From positions 704,001 through 768,000 of the forward strand of contig CAWFXL010000001.1 of NCBI GenBank assembly GCA_963819815.1: 64,000 bases of DNA. The letters run 5' to 3'. This DNA is from an uncultured bacterium (lineage in GTDB: Bacteria; Babelota; Babeliae; Babelales; Babelaceae). Made by a program: the position numbers and the translations under genes. This document shows positions 1 to 10,683 of the stretch, in pieces; positions within the stretch are counted from its first letter, which is position 1; each line of letters starts with the position of its first letter. Under the pieces are notes generated by a model that was given only the letters and a program-made list of their open reading frames with translations, searched no databases and had not been told where the DNA came from.

Positions 1-101
1 TACTCATCTACGCTCGCAATTATTATAGCGTTTGCTTGAAGTCCTGCATAGATGCTCGTAAGAGCGCAAACCACAAATAGTCTTGTCATTTTAGTAATCA
101 T
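1..101 (-). CDS. 5' end of a probable secreted protein, runs off the window
   Basis: ATG at 101 with GGAG at 110-107; open frame MITKMTRLFVVCALTSIYAGLQANAIIIASVDE resembles a signal peptide. Confidence 0.55.
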   Translation of the reverse strand, partial: MITKMTRLFVVCALTSIYAGLQANAIIIASVDE

Positions 102-205
102 TGATACTCCAATTGGTTAAGATATTTTTGTAAGACCCTTACAAGGAAAGTGCACCATCCTCCTTATTACCTATGAGTTCGATACGATGAGACACACTAG
201 AAATG

Positions 206-233
206 AAAGAGGACCTATTAGGCCCCCTTTTTT
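206..233 (-). terminator. Probable intrinsic terminator after rplM
   Basis: Minus strand AAAAAAGGGGGCC-TAATA-GGTCCTCTTT hairpin just after the rplM stop. Confidence 0.6.
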
Positions 234-246
234 GCTATCTTTCAAA

Positions 247-690
247 CTATTTAATTTCCTCAGGAAATCCCGCAATTTGCGCAGCATGTGGGTGCTCAGC
301 TCCTTTATATACGCGTAATTTTTTAAGAAGCTCGCGTGCCAATTTATTCTTAGGGAGCATACCGCGGACCGCCATTTCAAGAATCCGCTCTGGATGCTTT
401 TCCATAACAACTGCAGGAGAAAACTCTTTACGATTACCAATATACCCTGAATAGCGCTGGTAAACCTTTTGAGTCATTTTATTACCGCTAAAAACAATCT
501 TATCCGCATTGATCACCACAACATAGTCACCAGCATCAGAATGGGGGGTATATGTTGCGCGATCTTTACCACGCAATGCATCTGCAATCTGGGTGGCTAA
601 GCGACCAACTATTTGGCCTTGCGCATCGATTTCACGCCACCGAGGCTTTTCATCTTCGCGACGCAAGAAAAATGTTCTATTCATATCCAT
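247..690 (-). CDS. rplM: 50S ribosomal protein L13
   Basis: IDAQGQIVGRLAT, YTPHSDAGDYVVVINADK, AVRGMLPKN, HPHAAQ motifs. Confidence 0.98.
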   Translation of the reverse strand: MDMNRTFFLRREDEKPRWREIDAQGQIVGRLATQIADALRGKDRATYTPHSDAGDYVVVINADKIVFSGNKMTQKVYQRYSGYIGNRKEFSPAVVMEKHPERILEMAVRGMLPKNKLARELLKKLRVYKGAEHPHAAQIAGFPEEIK

Positions 691-738
691 GGAATATCCT
701 TATTATTCTAGGCTCTTTTAAAGAACCACACTGTCCTA

Positions 739-767
739 AGGTTATGTAAAAAAAACAGACTCGTCAA
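739..767 (-). promoter_or_regulatory. sigma70-like promoter of rplM
   Basis: TTGACG (767-762), 17 bp, TAACCT (744-739). Confidence 0.55.
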
Positions 768-841
768 ATCGGATCGGTTGTATTGCTGTCACGTGCATGA
801 TACCTTATTGGACTCGCCATGCCAGTATGTACTTTGGCAAA

Positions 842-1306
842 TCAATCATGTGCTTTAGCCAATAGTTTCAAACAATGCATGAACGATCGCTCTTCTTGCT
901 TTGAAAGTGAAGAAAAATACTCAGTATCGATCTGCTCAATAAGAGGTACAAGCTTACGGATCATCCCTTTACCATGAAGAGTAAGTACTATGCTCTTAGC
1001 ACGAGTATCGTGTACGGACTCACTACGCTCTACAAGCTCCTGTGTCACTAGTACTTTTAGCGCCTTTGAGACCGTCATCTTATCAAGCCTCGAGGCCTGC
1101 GAGAGAAGAACTTGAGTCGGCACCTGTCCATGCTTTTCAAACCAGAGGGCTAAGGCCATAATAACAAACTGAGCATGCGAAACACCAAAAGGCTCAAGCA
1201 CTTTTTTAATACGCCGTTGCCAGGCAATGGTAGTCTGCCAGAGCAAGAACCCTGGGCTATCTTCCGGTGCATCAAACCCAAAGGGAAGCTTAGACCTTTT
1301 TGTCAT
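842..1306 (-). CDS. MarR-family transcriptional regulator
   Basis: SPGFLLWQ, VSKALKVL, DTRAKSIVLT winged-helix pattern. Confidence 0.92.
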   Translation of the reverse strand: MTKRSKLPFGFDAPEDSPGFLLWQTTIAWQRRIKKVLEPFGVSHAQFVIMALALWFEKHGQVPTQVLLSQASRLDKMTVSKALKVLVTQELVERSESVHDTRAKSIVLTLHGKGMIRKLVPLIEQIDTEYFSSLSKQEERSFMHCLKLLAKAHD

Positions 1307-1733
1307 TGCTTTCCTGTGCTCTCTTAATTAACGCATCTATTTGCTCGGGAATACTCGCGGCGACATTCTGGGCAACTAGCTTAGTCCATAGCCATTGCAA
1401 TGGCCCTGTTACCATAACAATATTAGTTACCCTGATCCCCTGGGGAGTTTCCTCTACCGTATGGGTGTCATACATCTTAGCACCAATAAATGTTGTACAA
1501 TCGGTGAATGTTTTTTCTTTTTCTACATGCGTCAGCATAATCTTAACCGCACTGAATCCCTGAGGCTTCATCATAAAATAGTTCCCTACTTCAAAAGCCC
1601 CTTCCATCGTGCAATATTCTAGATCTCCATGCCAAACAGACCAGGCATTTACGTCGGTCCAGACACGCCATATCGCCTCTTTTGTCACACCAGTGTAGGT
1701 TTTACTATAGGTCCTCGTCCACATCTTCGTCAC
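1290..1733 (-). CDS. SRPBCC / polyketide cyclase-like protein
   Basis: IWRVWTDVNAWSVW N-terminal pattern; overlaps the MarR gene start. Confidence 0.8.
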   Translation of the reverse strand: MTKMWTRTYSKTYTGVTKEAIWRVWTDVNAWSVWHGDLEYCTMEGAFEVGNYFMMKPQGFSAVKIMLTHVEKEKTFTDCTTFIGAKMYDTHTVEETPQGIRVTNIVMVTGPLQWLWTKLVAQNVAASIPEQIDALIKRAQESNDKKV

Positions 1734-1845
1734 CTCTTGTGTATGATTAATAAAGTATATAAGTTTATTATATGCGAGTTTACTAATTTTAGCAAGAAGA
1801 TCATATTAAAAGTACTGCGTAACGGTTATCTATTTTTTCTGCTAA

Positions 1846-3135
1846 TCAGAATTCTTCAGTCTCATCATCAAGCTCTGAGGCCATCATCTCTTCGATCTCA
1901 TAGGAGTCCCGAGGAAGCTCCTCGCTCATACAAACAGCACCTTTATCGGTGATCCAATAATTATCTTCAATGCGGACACCTAGCATCTCCTTAGGTATAT
2001 AAATACCTGGCTCAATAGTGATAACATCACCCTCTTGCAAGGGGCCGCACTCAGAACCAACATCATGTACATCAAGTCCAAGAAAGTGCCCTATACCGTG
2101 AGTAAAATACTCTGCATAGCCCTGCTCTTTAAGAAACTCAAGTGCTAGATGATGTAACGACTTATCAGGATAGTCCTTATTATGCAACCAATACCCTGGC
2201 GCTGCAAGCTCGGCTATATAATCCTGAGTTGCAAGAACACAATCGTAGACTTCTCGTTGACGATTGGTAAAGGTACCAGATACTGGAAGTGTTCTAGTCA
2301 GATCAGCACAATAAAATCCAATTTCAGCTCCACAATCAAGTACAACAAGATCTCCCGCACGAAGCTGACGATTGTTAGCAGTGTAATGAAGAACCGTACT
2401 GTTTTTTCCGCTCCCTACAATCGTAGGAAATGCGGGTGAACCACCAGCCTCTTTAAAAATAAACTCAACCCCAGCTTGGAGCTGATACTCAAAAAGTTCT
2501 GGTCCAGTGCGCATTGCTGCTGCTTCAATCGCTTGCATAGTACAATCGATTGCATCATAGATCATTTCTAGCTCATCACGAGATTTCGTACGACGTAGTG
2601 CACCTACCACTGATGAGATATCAATAATTGAGGATGCAATTTCAGGACGTAAGGCACACAATCTCTCAATAAAAAGAGTTTGTTCAGTTACTCGGGAAGG
2701 ATTGTACACCATATATAACAGCTCTCCCCTTGCCACTCGAGCTGCCAGATCCTCCAAAAAATGCTCATATTCTTTTTGGGTACATGCTGCAGTTGCTGCA
2801 TAGCCCTTACAAGGGTGTCCTAGATGGCGAACGTCATTCATTCCCCATTGAACTGCGTGCTTTTGCTCAGCCTCTGCAATAGTGCTTACCCATTGAGAGC
2901 GAGAACTTCCATAGCTGGGAACCCAAAGAGTTGTAGCGTTGTGATCCATCTGAAGAATCGTTGCCGGCTCTTCAAGGCCCGTAAAATAATAAAAGGTGCT
3001 CTCTTGTCGGAAAGCGTATCGATGATGTTCAAACCCAGCAAAAAGAATGACGGAACCTTTTTTCCCCGGATATGCCTCTGAAAGAGCAGTTTGCAGAAGT
3101 TTTCTTCTTTCAATATAGGGAGTATATGAACTCAT
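1846..3135 (-). CDS. pepP: Xaa-Pro aminopeptidase (M24)
   Basis: FRQESTFYYFTG, ADLTRT, HGIGHFLGLDVHD, TIEPGIY, GVRIED. Confidence 0.93.
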   Translation of the reverse strand: MSSYTPYIERRKLLQTALSEAYPGKKGSVILFAGFEHHRYAFRQESTFYYFTGLEEPATILQMDHNATTLWVPSYGSSRSQWVSTIAEAEQKHAVQWGMNDVRHLGHPCKGYAATAACTQKEYEHFLEDLAARVARGELLYMVYNPSRVTEQTLFIERLCALRPEIASSIIDISSVVGALRRTKSRDELEMIYDAIDCTMQAIEAAAMRTGPELFEYQLQAGVEFIFKEAGGSPAFPTIVGSGKNSTVLHYTANNRQLRAGDLVVLDCGAEIGFYCADLTRTLPVSGTFTNRQREVYDCVLATQDYIAELAAPGYWLHNKDYPDKSLHHLALEFLKEQGYAEYFTHGIGHFLGLDVHDVGSECGPLQEGDVITIEPGIYIPKEMLGVRIEDNYWITDKGAVCMSEELPRDSYEIEEMMASELDDETEEF

Positions 3136-3148
3136 AGAGTATCCTCGG

Positions 3149-3748
3149 TTAAAATGGTCGTCGCTCTGATAGCGCCTTATACACGGTTAAGCGGTCCATA
3201 GCCTCTAATGATGAGCCTACTGGTAGCCCACGCGCTAGACAGGTTATCTTAATATCTTTACCTTTGAGTTTTGATGAAATATAGGAAGCTGTAGCCTCTC
3301 CTTCGGGAGTCTGATTAAACGCAAAGATAAGCTCCTTACACCCGGTGGCTACCCGAGCGACAAGCTGCTTAATCGTTAAGTCATCAGGGCCTATCCCATC
3401 AAGAGGGCATAACGCTCCACCAAGAACATGATACATCCCAAAGTATCCACCAGTTTTTTCAAGCGCAATAAGGTCACGCCAGTTTTCCACCACACAGATC
3501 ATCTGAGCATCTCGTTTTGCTGAGCTACAAAAGGGGCAGGCCTTATCCTTCTCTTTCCAAGTCCAACAGTGAGAACACTTATCAATGCGCTTTTTAAGCT
3601 CTTGAAGTATCGATACGAACTTTTGAGTCGACGGCTCATCAAGATCTAGAAAGTACTGTGCTACCACGTACAGATTCTTCGAAGCCAAGTACGGCACCCG
3701 CTGAAGCTCCTTTAGGAAGGCAAGAAGTGTAGGACTCTGGTCAATCAT
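3149..3748 (-). CDS. recR: Recombination mediator RecR
   Basis: C4 zinc finger, YHVLGGALCPLDG, TPEGEATA Toprim motif. Confidence 0.96.
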   Translation of the reverse strand: MIDQSPTLLAFLKELQRVPYLASKNLYVVAQYFLDLDEPSTQKFVSILQELKKRIDKCSHCWTWKEKDKACPFCSSAKRDAQMICVVENWRDLIALEKTGGYFGMYHVLGGALCPLDGIGPDDLTIKQLVARVATGCKELIFAFNQTPEGEATASYISSKLKGKDIKITCLARGLPVGSSLEAMDRLTVYKALSERRPF

Positions 3749-5265
3749 CGTGCAAGTGCTTTAAGTACAAGAGTTTGTGCTAATGCGAACAATGAACTAG
3801 ATGCTATGAAAAGTGTTAGCCCAGCAGATATATTCACGGTAATCGCCGCAAAAACAATCGCTAACAAAACATTAAACATCATCTGTCGAGCATCACTCAT
3901 TTCACCCATCATTCCTATCATTGAAGCACCAGCAAGTACCGGTAAAATATAGTAAGGATCGGGTGATGATAAGTCTGATATCCATAGAAAAGGTGCTTGG
4001 TATAACTCAATCGCATTTGATAAAACACGCTGCAATCCAATAAAAACAGGTATCTGAAGAAATATAGGCAAACATCCCAAGGTCTGCGAAACACCATGCT
4101 TACGCATGAATTCAGATTTTGCCGCTGAAAGAGCCTCTGGATCATCCTTGTAGCGTTGCTCAAGGTACTGAAGTTTCTTCTGGGCTTCCATATTTCTTTT
4201 TTTAGTCTGTTCGACATTCAAGGTAAACGGAATCAAAACGATACGCACTAACAATGTTAATACGATAATAGCGATCCCATAGTTCTGAAATATGCCATAT
4301 AAGAAGATAAGCAGATAGAGAAGGTACTTAGAAATATGGAAGAACCATCCATAGGAAAGAAGCCCCTCCAACCTACTATCAACATGAGAGATTGCAGCAA
4401 GCTCTTTCGGTCCAGCATAGAATGAAAGTGTCCAGCTCTTTTTCTCATGTATCGTGTCACTCTGGAGCACTGCCTGTGGAGTCTCACCATCGAATTTAAA
4501 GAAGGCACGCTGGGTAAAATGATCAGGATCTTTAAACAGTACCTGTGCAAAATAGGTATCTTCAAGCCCAAAGATTGAAGGATGTTCAACTCCTACATTA
4601 ATAAGATCTTTGATCGGTTTCTTTTCAAGAGAAGTGCCGCTTGCAAGTACCGTGTTGACAATGTCTTTCGTATCACCAACCACTTGTGGACCGGTAAAGA
4701 AAATACGTGGTCTTACGCCTTCAGGAGTCTTAGGATCGATCGTAACGGTAAGATCTATGACATACTCATCATGATGCACCGTAAACTGCTTAGTAATACT
4801 TGCTGCGGGGGATTCTCCCTTATAAGTAAGAATAGTCCGCTTGTCCTCATCTTTCTTGTCACTCAGAGTATAGTAGTAAGGAGTCTTCCCTAGACCATCG
4901 AGCGCTACTAAAAAGGACCCTTTTTGCTTACTTGACGAAGGCACTAACGTCTCCACCAAAGTGGGCTTACCCCCAAGCTCACGCGCATACCCGATAAAAG
5001 TAACTGCCGCACCATCATTAGAAAACTGAATTCTACTGGTAGGCAAGGTAACCACTGAATCTTCATGTTCTCGAGCAGGTGCCGCATCATAATAATCGAT
5101 ATCAAGATCTAAGGGTTCTGCAATCTGAACTGTTGTAGGCGCTACAAAACGACGATCAGTGGCCTGTTCAGTAGCAGGGTGCTTCTCAGCTAGGAAAAAA
5201 TGATGGATAAGCAGCGTACCTGCGAGCGCAAAAGCAACAGGCAGTATAAAATCTTTAGCATTCAT
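3745..5265 (-). CDS. yidC: Membrane protein insertase YidC
   Basis: YAGPK, NYGIAIIVLT, GCLPIFLQIPVF, FLWISDLSSPDPYYILP; start set to the ATG at 5265 with AGGA upstream. Confidence 0.95.
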   Translation of the reverse strand: MNAKDFILPVAFALAGTLLIHHFFLAEKHPATEQATDRRFVAPTTVQIAEPLDLDIDYYDAAPAREHEDSVVTLPTSRIQFSNDGAAVTFIGYARELGGKPTLVETLVPSSSKQKGSFLVALDGLGKTPYYYTLSDKKDEDKRTILTYKGESPAASITKQFTVHHDEYVIDLTVTIDPKTPEGVRPRIFFTGPQVVGDTKDIVNTVLASGTSLEKKPIKDLINVGVEHPSIFGLEDTYFAQVLFKDPDHFTQRAFFKFDGETPQAVLQSDTIHEKKSWTLSFYAGPKELAAISHVDSRLEGLLSYGWFFHISKYLLYLLIFLYGIFQNYGIAIIVLTLLVRIVLIPFTLNVEQTKKRNMEAQKKLQYLEQRYKDDPEALSAAKSEFMRKHGVSQTLGCLPIFLQIPVFIGLQRVLSNAIELYQAPFLWISDLSSPDPYYILPVLAGASMIGMMGEMSDARQMMFNVLLAIVFAAITVNISAGLTLFIASSSLFALAQTLVLKALAR

Positions 5266-5515
5266 GAAATGATCCTTTTCAATAAAAAGTAACAGCGACA
5301 CCCTATACCAGGACGACCACTATCTTAAGGTGATGAGGAGATTCTGTACGTAGTTTACCAAAGGGCCACATTTTAGGCTAGTCGAAAAAATCCTATGCCT
5401 AAGAAAACATCTAGGTATTGAAAGAAGAAAAAGCGCAGGATATTCGCTTTACACACCGCGAAACTTGCTCTATCATTAGAATCGTAACGACCAGCCTCTT
5501 AGCAAGATAGAGCCA

Positions 5516-5923
5516 ATGACAGAAAAAGCATTTACTAAAGCTGAAATTGCACACACGTTAGGTATACAATTGTATATGCTTACGGCGTGGGAAAAGCAGT
5601 TCGACATTGTTCCACTTAGGGAGAATGATGAGGCTGTCTATACCCCTCAACAGCTTGCTACCTTCAGAAGCATTAAAGAGCTCCTCTATGAAAAAGGCTT
5701 AACAATGGCCGCTGCAAAAAAAGCTCTTCAAGATACGAGCGGTCAGTTTGAGGGAAAAGAGCTCCATGCAGCATCTCCTCTTTTTTTTGAGCCAACTAAG
5801 GTCACAAGATTAACTGAACATGCTCAGAAGGAACCCTCTTTTGATCAGCGTAAGAGTAAAGATATCGCCGCCAAGCTGCTTCAGATTAAAGCACAGCTCA
5901 TTAAAATCAACACTTCCTTATAA
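5516..5923 (+). CDS. MerR-type HTH protein
   Basis: EIAHTLGI..LTAWEKQF..YT..IKELLYEKGLTMAAAKKAL. Confidence 0.8.
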   Translation: MTEKAFTKAEIAHTLGIQLYMLTAWEKQFDIVPLRENDEAVYTPQQLATFRSIKELLYEKGLTMAAAKKALQDTSGQFEGKELHAASPLFFEPTKVTRLTEHAQKEPSFDQRKSKDIAAKLLQIKAQLIKINTSL

Positions 5924-6052
5924 GATACAATCTCTTATGAGACAACCTCATTTCTTTTCAAGATAGAAAAAAGTACCGTTTTTACGTATACTCAAAAGGA
6001 AGATCTATCTCAAGTCATAGGCCACATTAACTCTTTTTTTGAAAGCATCGAC

Positions 6053-7445
6053 ATGTATACGCAAGGACATATTCATTTTGTTGGTATCGGTGGTATAGGT
6101 ATGAGCGGCATTGCCAAAATCCTTCGCTCACAAGGGTATACCATCTCAGGATGCGATTCGGACCTTTCGCAAAAAAGTGTCCAGGACTTGCTTAAGTTAG
6201 GATGTACCATTCATCAGGGGAATAATACTCCTCAGTGTCGGGACCATACAATCGACGTCCTGGTCTATTCCTCAGCTATTCGTGAATCAAATGAAGAAAT
6301 CACCTATGCACAGACTCGAGGCATTCCAACGATTCCCCGAGCTTTAATGCTTTCAGAGATTATGCGCACCAAATTCAGCATTGGAGTAACGGGCTCTCAT
6401 GGTAAGACAACGGTTACTTCACTCATTTCACATATTCTCATTGAAGCCAATCAAGATCCTACCGTCATTATCGGAGGACATCTCAAGGCTATCTCCTCAA
6501 ATGCTCAACATGGCTCAGGAAAATTCTTAGTTGCTGAGGCTGATGAAAGCGATCGATCCTTCCTCCGACTCTATCCTACCATAGCAGTTATTACAAATAT
6601 TGGTCTTGAGCATCTTGATACCTATAAGGATCTTGAAGATATTAAGAAGACCTTTGCAGAATTCATTACGCATGTTCCTTTCTATGGAAAAGCGGTTGTC
6701 TGCCTTGATGATCCCAATATTCGATCACTGCTCCCGTTTCATCAGGTAAAAACTATTAAGTATGCACTTGATCAAGAAGGGGCTGATATCTATGGTACCG
6801 ATGTCGTCCTAGGAACACACGAATCTACCTGTACCGTCTATAATAAGGGAATTCTATTGGGTACTCTTGACGGTTTCTATGGCGGGTAAGCACAATCTTC
6901 TGAATGCTCTAGGAGCCCTCGCAACGGTGCTTGATATCGGAGTTTCATTTGAAGAGGCGGCTCATGCTCTGCAGACATTTAAAGGCGTGGACCGAAGATT
7001 TACCTATAAAGGTACCTTCCAGGGCGCAGAGATTATCGATGATTATGGACATCACCCTACTGAAATCCTCAATACCCTCCTGGTCGCACGCAAAAGGACT
7101 AAAGGAAAACTCATCCTCGTCTTTCAGCCACATCGATTCTCTCGTACTGAGCTTCTATGGGATGACTTTGTAAACCTGTTGGCCTACAGTGCTGTAGATG
7201 AGCTCATTATTACTGACATTTTCCCTGCAAGCGAAGATCCCCGTCCAGGCATTACTACGTCGGCTCTCGTACAAGCTATCGTAGCAAAAAATCCCCAATG
7301 CCCTATCACCTATGTACCTCAATCAGAGAATTTCATAGAGATACAAGCACTTCTTGCCAAGAAAGCTTCACAAGATGATCTTATCTTGCTTCAAGGAGCG
7401 GGGAAAGTAACGAAGCTCGGTCCACTCCTTGCACAAGCTACTTAG
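6053..7445 (+). CDS. murC: UDP-N-acetylmuramate--L-alanine ligase, split by one +1 indel near 6868
   Basis: HFVGIGGIGMSGIA, GSHGKTT, EADESD in the first ORF; DDYGHHPTE, FQPHRFSRT in the second. Confidence 0.95.
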
Positions 7446-7542
7446 CATCAACTTGAGAAGATCGCTTACACCTACTGTTGACTTTCCCAGCGTGGCTTTG
7501 GCATTCTAAAACTACAGATTGGAAAGAACGTTAGGGGAAGAC

Positions 7543-7845
7543 ATGACTATCTACAAAAAAGCTTTTTTCGTACTTATATGTGTTGGACTCGTTCCCTCAC
7601 TCCATGCTCAAAATCGCCAAAGAGATGCGGCAGTGGGAAGATTTCTCGGTGCCCTTACCGGCGCTACGTTAGCAGAAGAATCATTTGGCAACCAATGTTA
7701 TTATCAAGATGGTCCTGCCTACCTCTTTGTCTATCCGGGAGCACCTATCTATGCATATGACTATCCCACCTACGTCTATTCGCCGATTTACGCCTATCCT
7801 GACATGAGGCATGCTATTTATCCAAGCTACTTCTTCTCACGCTAG
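7543..7845 (+). CDS. Hypothetical secreted Tyr/Pro-rich protein
   Basis: AGGGG RBS, signal peptide ending LHA, GRFLGALTG, PIYAY twice. Confidence 0.7.
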   Translation: MTIYKKAFFVLICVGLVPSLHAQNRQRDAAVGRFLGALTGATLAEESFGNQCYYQDGPAYLFVYPGAPIYAYDYPTYVYSPIYAYPDMRHAIYPSYFFSR

Positions 7846-7904
7846 TTCGCTGTTCCCGACTCCTTGCGCGCACTCAAGAAGCATCGAATTCACATCTAAC
7901 CCAT

Positions 7905-7941
7905 ACCTGTTACAGCTTGGTAAAGTACGGTTACGCTAGTA
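7905..7941 (+). repeat. 37-bp direct repeat, copy 1
   Basis: ACCTGTTACAGCTTGGTAAAGTACGGTTACGCTAGTA; 33/37 identical to 9974-10010. Confidence 0.9.
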
Positions 7942-8103
7942 CCAACACCAAACATCTTTCCTTCATGTAGCATAACTAACTTCCCTGCACCTCTCTTATA
8001 CTAACAACCCGAAACTATTGCTTTCGGAATTTTCTTTAGAGTACCCTGAGTGTAACTGGGGAGTGAACCCAGAAAAACAAATCGTTTCAAAGGGGGAAAT
8101 CCT

Positions 8104-9743
8104 ATGAAGTTCGTATCAAAATCTCTTGTGTTACTCATAAGTCTTATGATTCTTGCACCTGCGTTAGCAAAATCTGATAAGCATTGCAATGAAGATATCG
8201 TGAAATATGTCCAAGCCAATGCTGCTCCAAACGGTAATGGTAGCAAAAAACATCCTTTCTCATCACTTGCTGCTGCTGCCCTTGCTACATGGGATGTCCT
8301 GATAGTGCTTCCTTCAGTACAGGCGCTTGAAGGAGGTATAACTCTCAAGCCAGGACAAGAAATCATTGGATCTTGCGATCCGACGTGATATCTCTGTATC
8401 TCCACAACAAGCTATCATTACGACATTTAGCACAACCCCAAACCCAGTTGGCATCACAGCTACGGGCAATAATGTCATTAAGAACATCTACTTTAAAAAC
8501 ACCTGGTCTTCTGCCATCAATTACGATAACGCCGTAAATCTGACCGTACAGGACTGCCTCATTACCGGTCACAACCAGGGAAATATCAAAATTCCCGCTG
8601 GAAATCCTTTTACAGGTCGTGCCGTAGGGGGAATACATGGTCAATGCTCACAATCTGGCGAAACTCTTATAGAACATGTAATTATTCGGAACAATCACGC
8701 TGGGGCAGGAATTGAAGACCTTCCAGTAAATCCTGCTCATCGGGAATTAACAATATGCAAGTGCGAGCTTTCTCAAATTAACGCCGGTACTGATTTAGGT
8801 GGTATCTTCTCTGCCCCTGGAGGTGGCACTACTACCGCCTTTTCTTCAGTAGTCGTTAAAGATTCATATTTGCATGATTTTGTTGCGGAATACTATAGGA
8901 TTCTTTTGTTTCCCCCAAAATGGAAGTGTTCAGACAGTTCTCATTAAAGATTCAGCATTTTCTAATATTAATAGTTTTAATATCCAGGGCTCTCCAAGTT
9001 ATAACCCCGCCGGTACAGCTCCTGCACCAGAGCTAAAAATAGAAATTGATACCTGCTCATTTGAAAACAGTACGAGCGTTGCAATAGACATAACAAATAC
9101 AGGCGCACTAAAAAGTAAACTGTTTGTAGAAAACTCGGTCAGTAAAAATATGAACGTTTTTTTCCTATCGGATGTATTGGGCGGCGTACAACAAAACAGG
9201 CTCTGTGGTAACACCGCTACTGGGGGAATTTTCTATACGGCACAAGCAGGGCTTACGCAATCAGTAGAAATTACTGAAATCATAGGTAACTGTTTTACTG
9301 GATCTATAGGTATCAAACTCTTGCCAAGCATAGCTTGGACCCTCCTTGATATTACTGCAGAATGTAATTGCTTCTTCGGCACCGGCACTGGCAGTATTTT
9401 GTTTGATACCACAACTTCATCCTCAGCAGGAGCGTTTAATGGGCTCATTAAGGCCCATAACAATACCTTCTCCGGTTTCGCTACCGATATTCAAGACAAT
9501 GGAAGTGGTGTCAATTACCTGGTAAGCAGAAACTTTTGGGGTGAACCTACGAATACAACTCCTTGTTCAAGTACAAGTCCCTGCCCACTATACCAAACCT
9601 GTGAACATGGTTCTTGCCTTGGTCCAATAGTCCCTAAACCTTTCCTTGGCAATGGCTCTATTGACGCAAGCCATCCACTTACAGCTTCTATTAAATGTCC
9701 TTGCAACTGTAGCTTTTCAACATCTGGTACGCCTGCACCTTAA
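8104..9743 (+). CDS. Secreted right-handed beta-helix-like protein, broken by two +1 indels (about 8388 and 8887); paralogue of 20531-22114
   Basis: Three consecutive ORFs align end to end with the intact paralogue (APALAKSDK, GNGSKKHPF, AINYD, KDSY.HDF, IDTCSFE, NYLVS.NFWG, CLGPIV, IDAS.PL). Confidence 0.85.
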
Positions 9744-9847
9744 GCAAGCCTCTCCAAGAGAGACTCCAGAAGCTTGAAGAATGAGAGAAAGCACCAAAAG
9801 CAGATCTCATCTCAACTACCGAAGCAAGAGCTCTTACAAGCAACTAA

Positions 9848-9886
9848 GTTCCTACCTATGATACATACCGTACCATAGGTAGGAAC
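9848..9886. repeat. Perfect 13-bp inverted repeat
   Basis: GTTCCTACCTATG (9848-9860) pairs with CATAGGTAGGAAC (9874-9886). Confidence 0.85.
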
Positions 9887-9973
9887 ATTAGACCGAGCTA
9901 CCCCACGCAAGCTCGCTACTTCTCATTCTAGGACCTTTTTCTCGGTTCATTACCTACATTCAGACAACCCCCC

Positions 9974-10010
9974 ACCTGTTGCAACTTCGTAAAGTACGGT
10001 TACGCTTGTA
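9974..10010 (+). repeat. 37-bp direct repeat, copy 2, promoter-like
   Basis: ACCTGTTGCAACTTCGTAAAGTACGGTTACGCTTGTA; contains TTGCAA-16 bp-TACGCT upstream of 10126. Confidence 0.9.
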
Positions 10011-10125
10011 TATACATACACGTAACCTGGTTTATAAAATGCTTGCTACGCACCATAAAAATCACTAAACAATCATACAGTAGCAGCACCCTCTAGAAAA
10101 TATAATTAACCTCTAGGAGACCTCC

Positions 10126-10635
10126 ATGATCTATAAACCTCTTCTACCTCTTGCAGTAAGCATATTGCTCTGTGCATCGGTCCAGGCAAGAACTTCTGAT
10201 GGCCTTATCATTGGTGGATTTGCAGGGTTGACCGCTGGGCTCATTACGAGTGCCATCGCTCATCATGCAAACCATCATCATTGCCATCGCCGTACCGTCT
10301 ATGTCGAAGAGTCACCGCGAATTATTGAGCGACCTGTTATCGTTGAGCAGGTAATTGAGCACCGCCCCGTAGTCATTGAACAGCGTGTACGCCAGGGCCG
10401 AGTAACTACATATCACCAGCCACAACCGGTACATACCTGTCAGCCAGCTCCTCAACCAATCCAGGCGATTCAGGCTCAACCCAAGGCAATACCGAATCTT
10501 GCAGAACGAGAATTGGCTCTGAGAGAGCAACAAGTGAAGCTTGATCTACTCAAAGAAGAAAATAAAAAGCATGAGCTTAAAATAAGAGAATTGGAACTTG
10601 AAGTCCAACGCGTAACAGCTCGCAAGGCTTTCTAG
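10126..10635 (+). CDS. Hypothetical secreted protein (Gly zipper, His tract, low-complexity middle, coiled-coil end)
   Basis: AGGAG RBS, signal peptide ending VQA, GGFAGLTAG, PVIVE-type repeats. Confidence 0.8.
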   Translation: MIYKPLLPLAVSILLCASVQARTSDGLIIGGFAGLTAGLITSAIAHHANHHHCHRRTVYVEESPRIIERPVIVEQVIEHRPVVIEQRVRQGRVTTYHQPQPVHTCQPAPQPIQAIQAQPKAIPNLAERELALREQQVKLDLLKEENKKHELKIRELELEVQRVTARKAF

Positions 10636-10683
10636 ATCACCTTGTCTAACTAATCGTGCTGCATCTCTTTAGGTGCAGCATCT

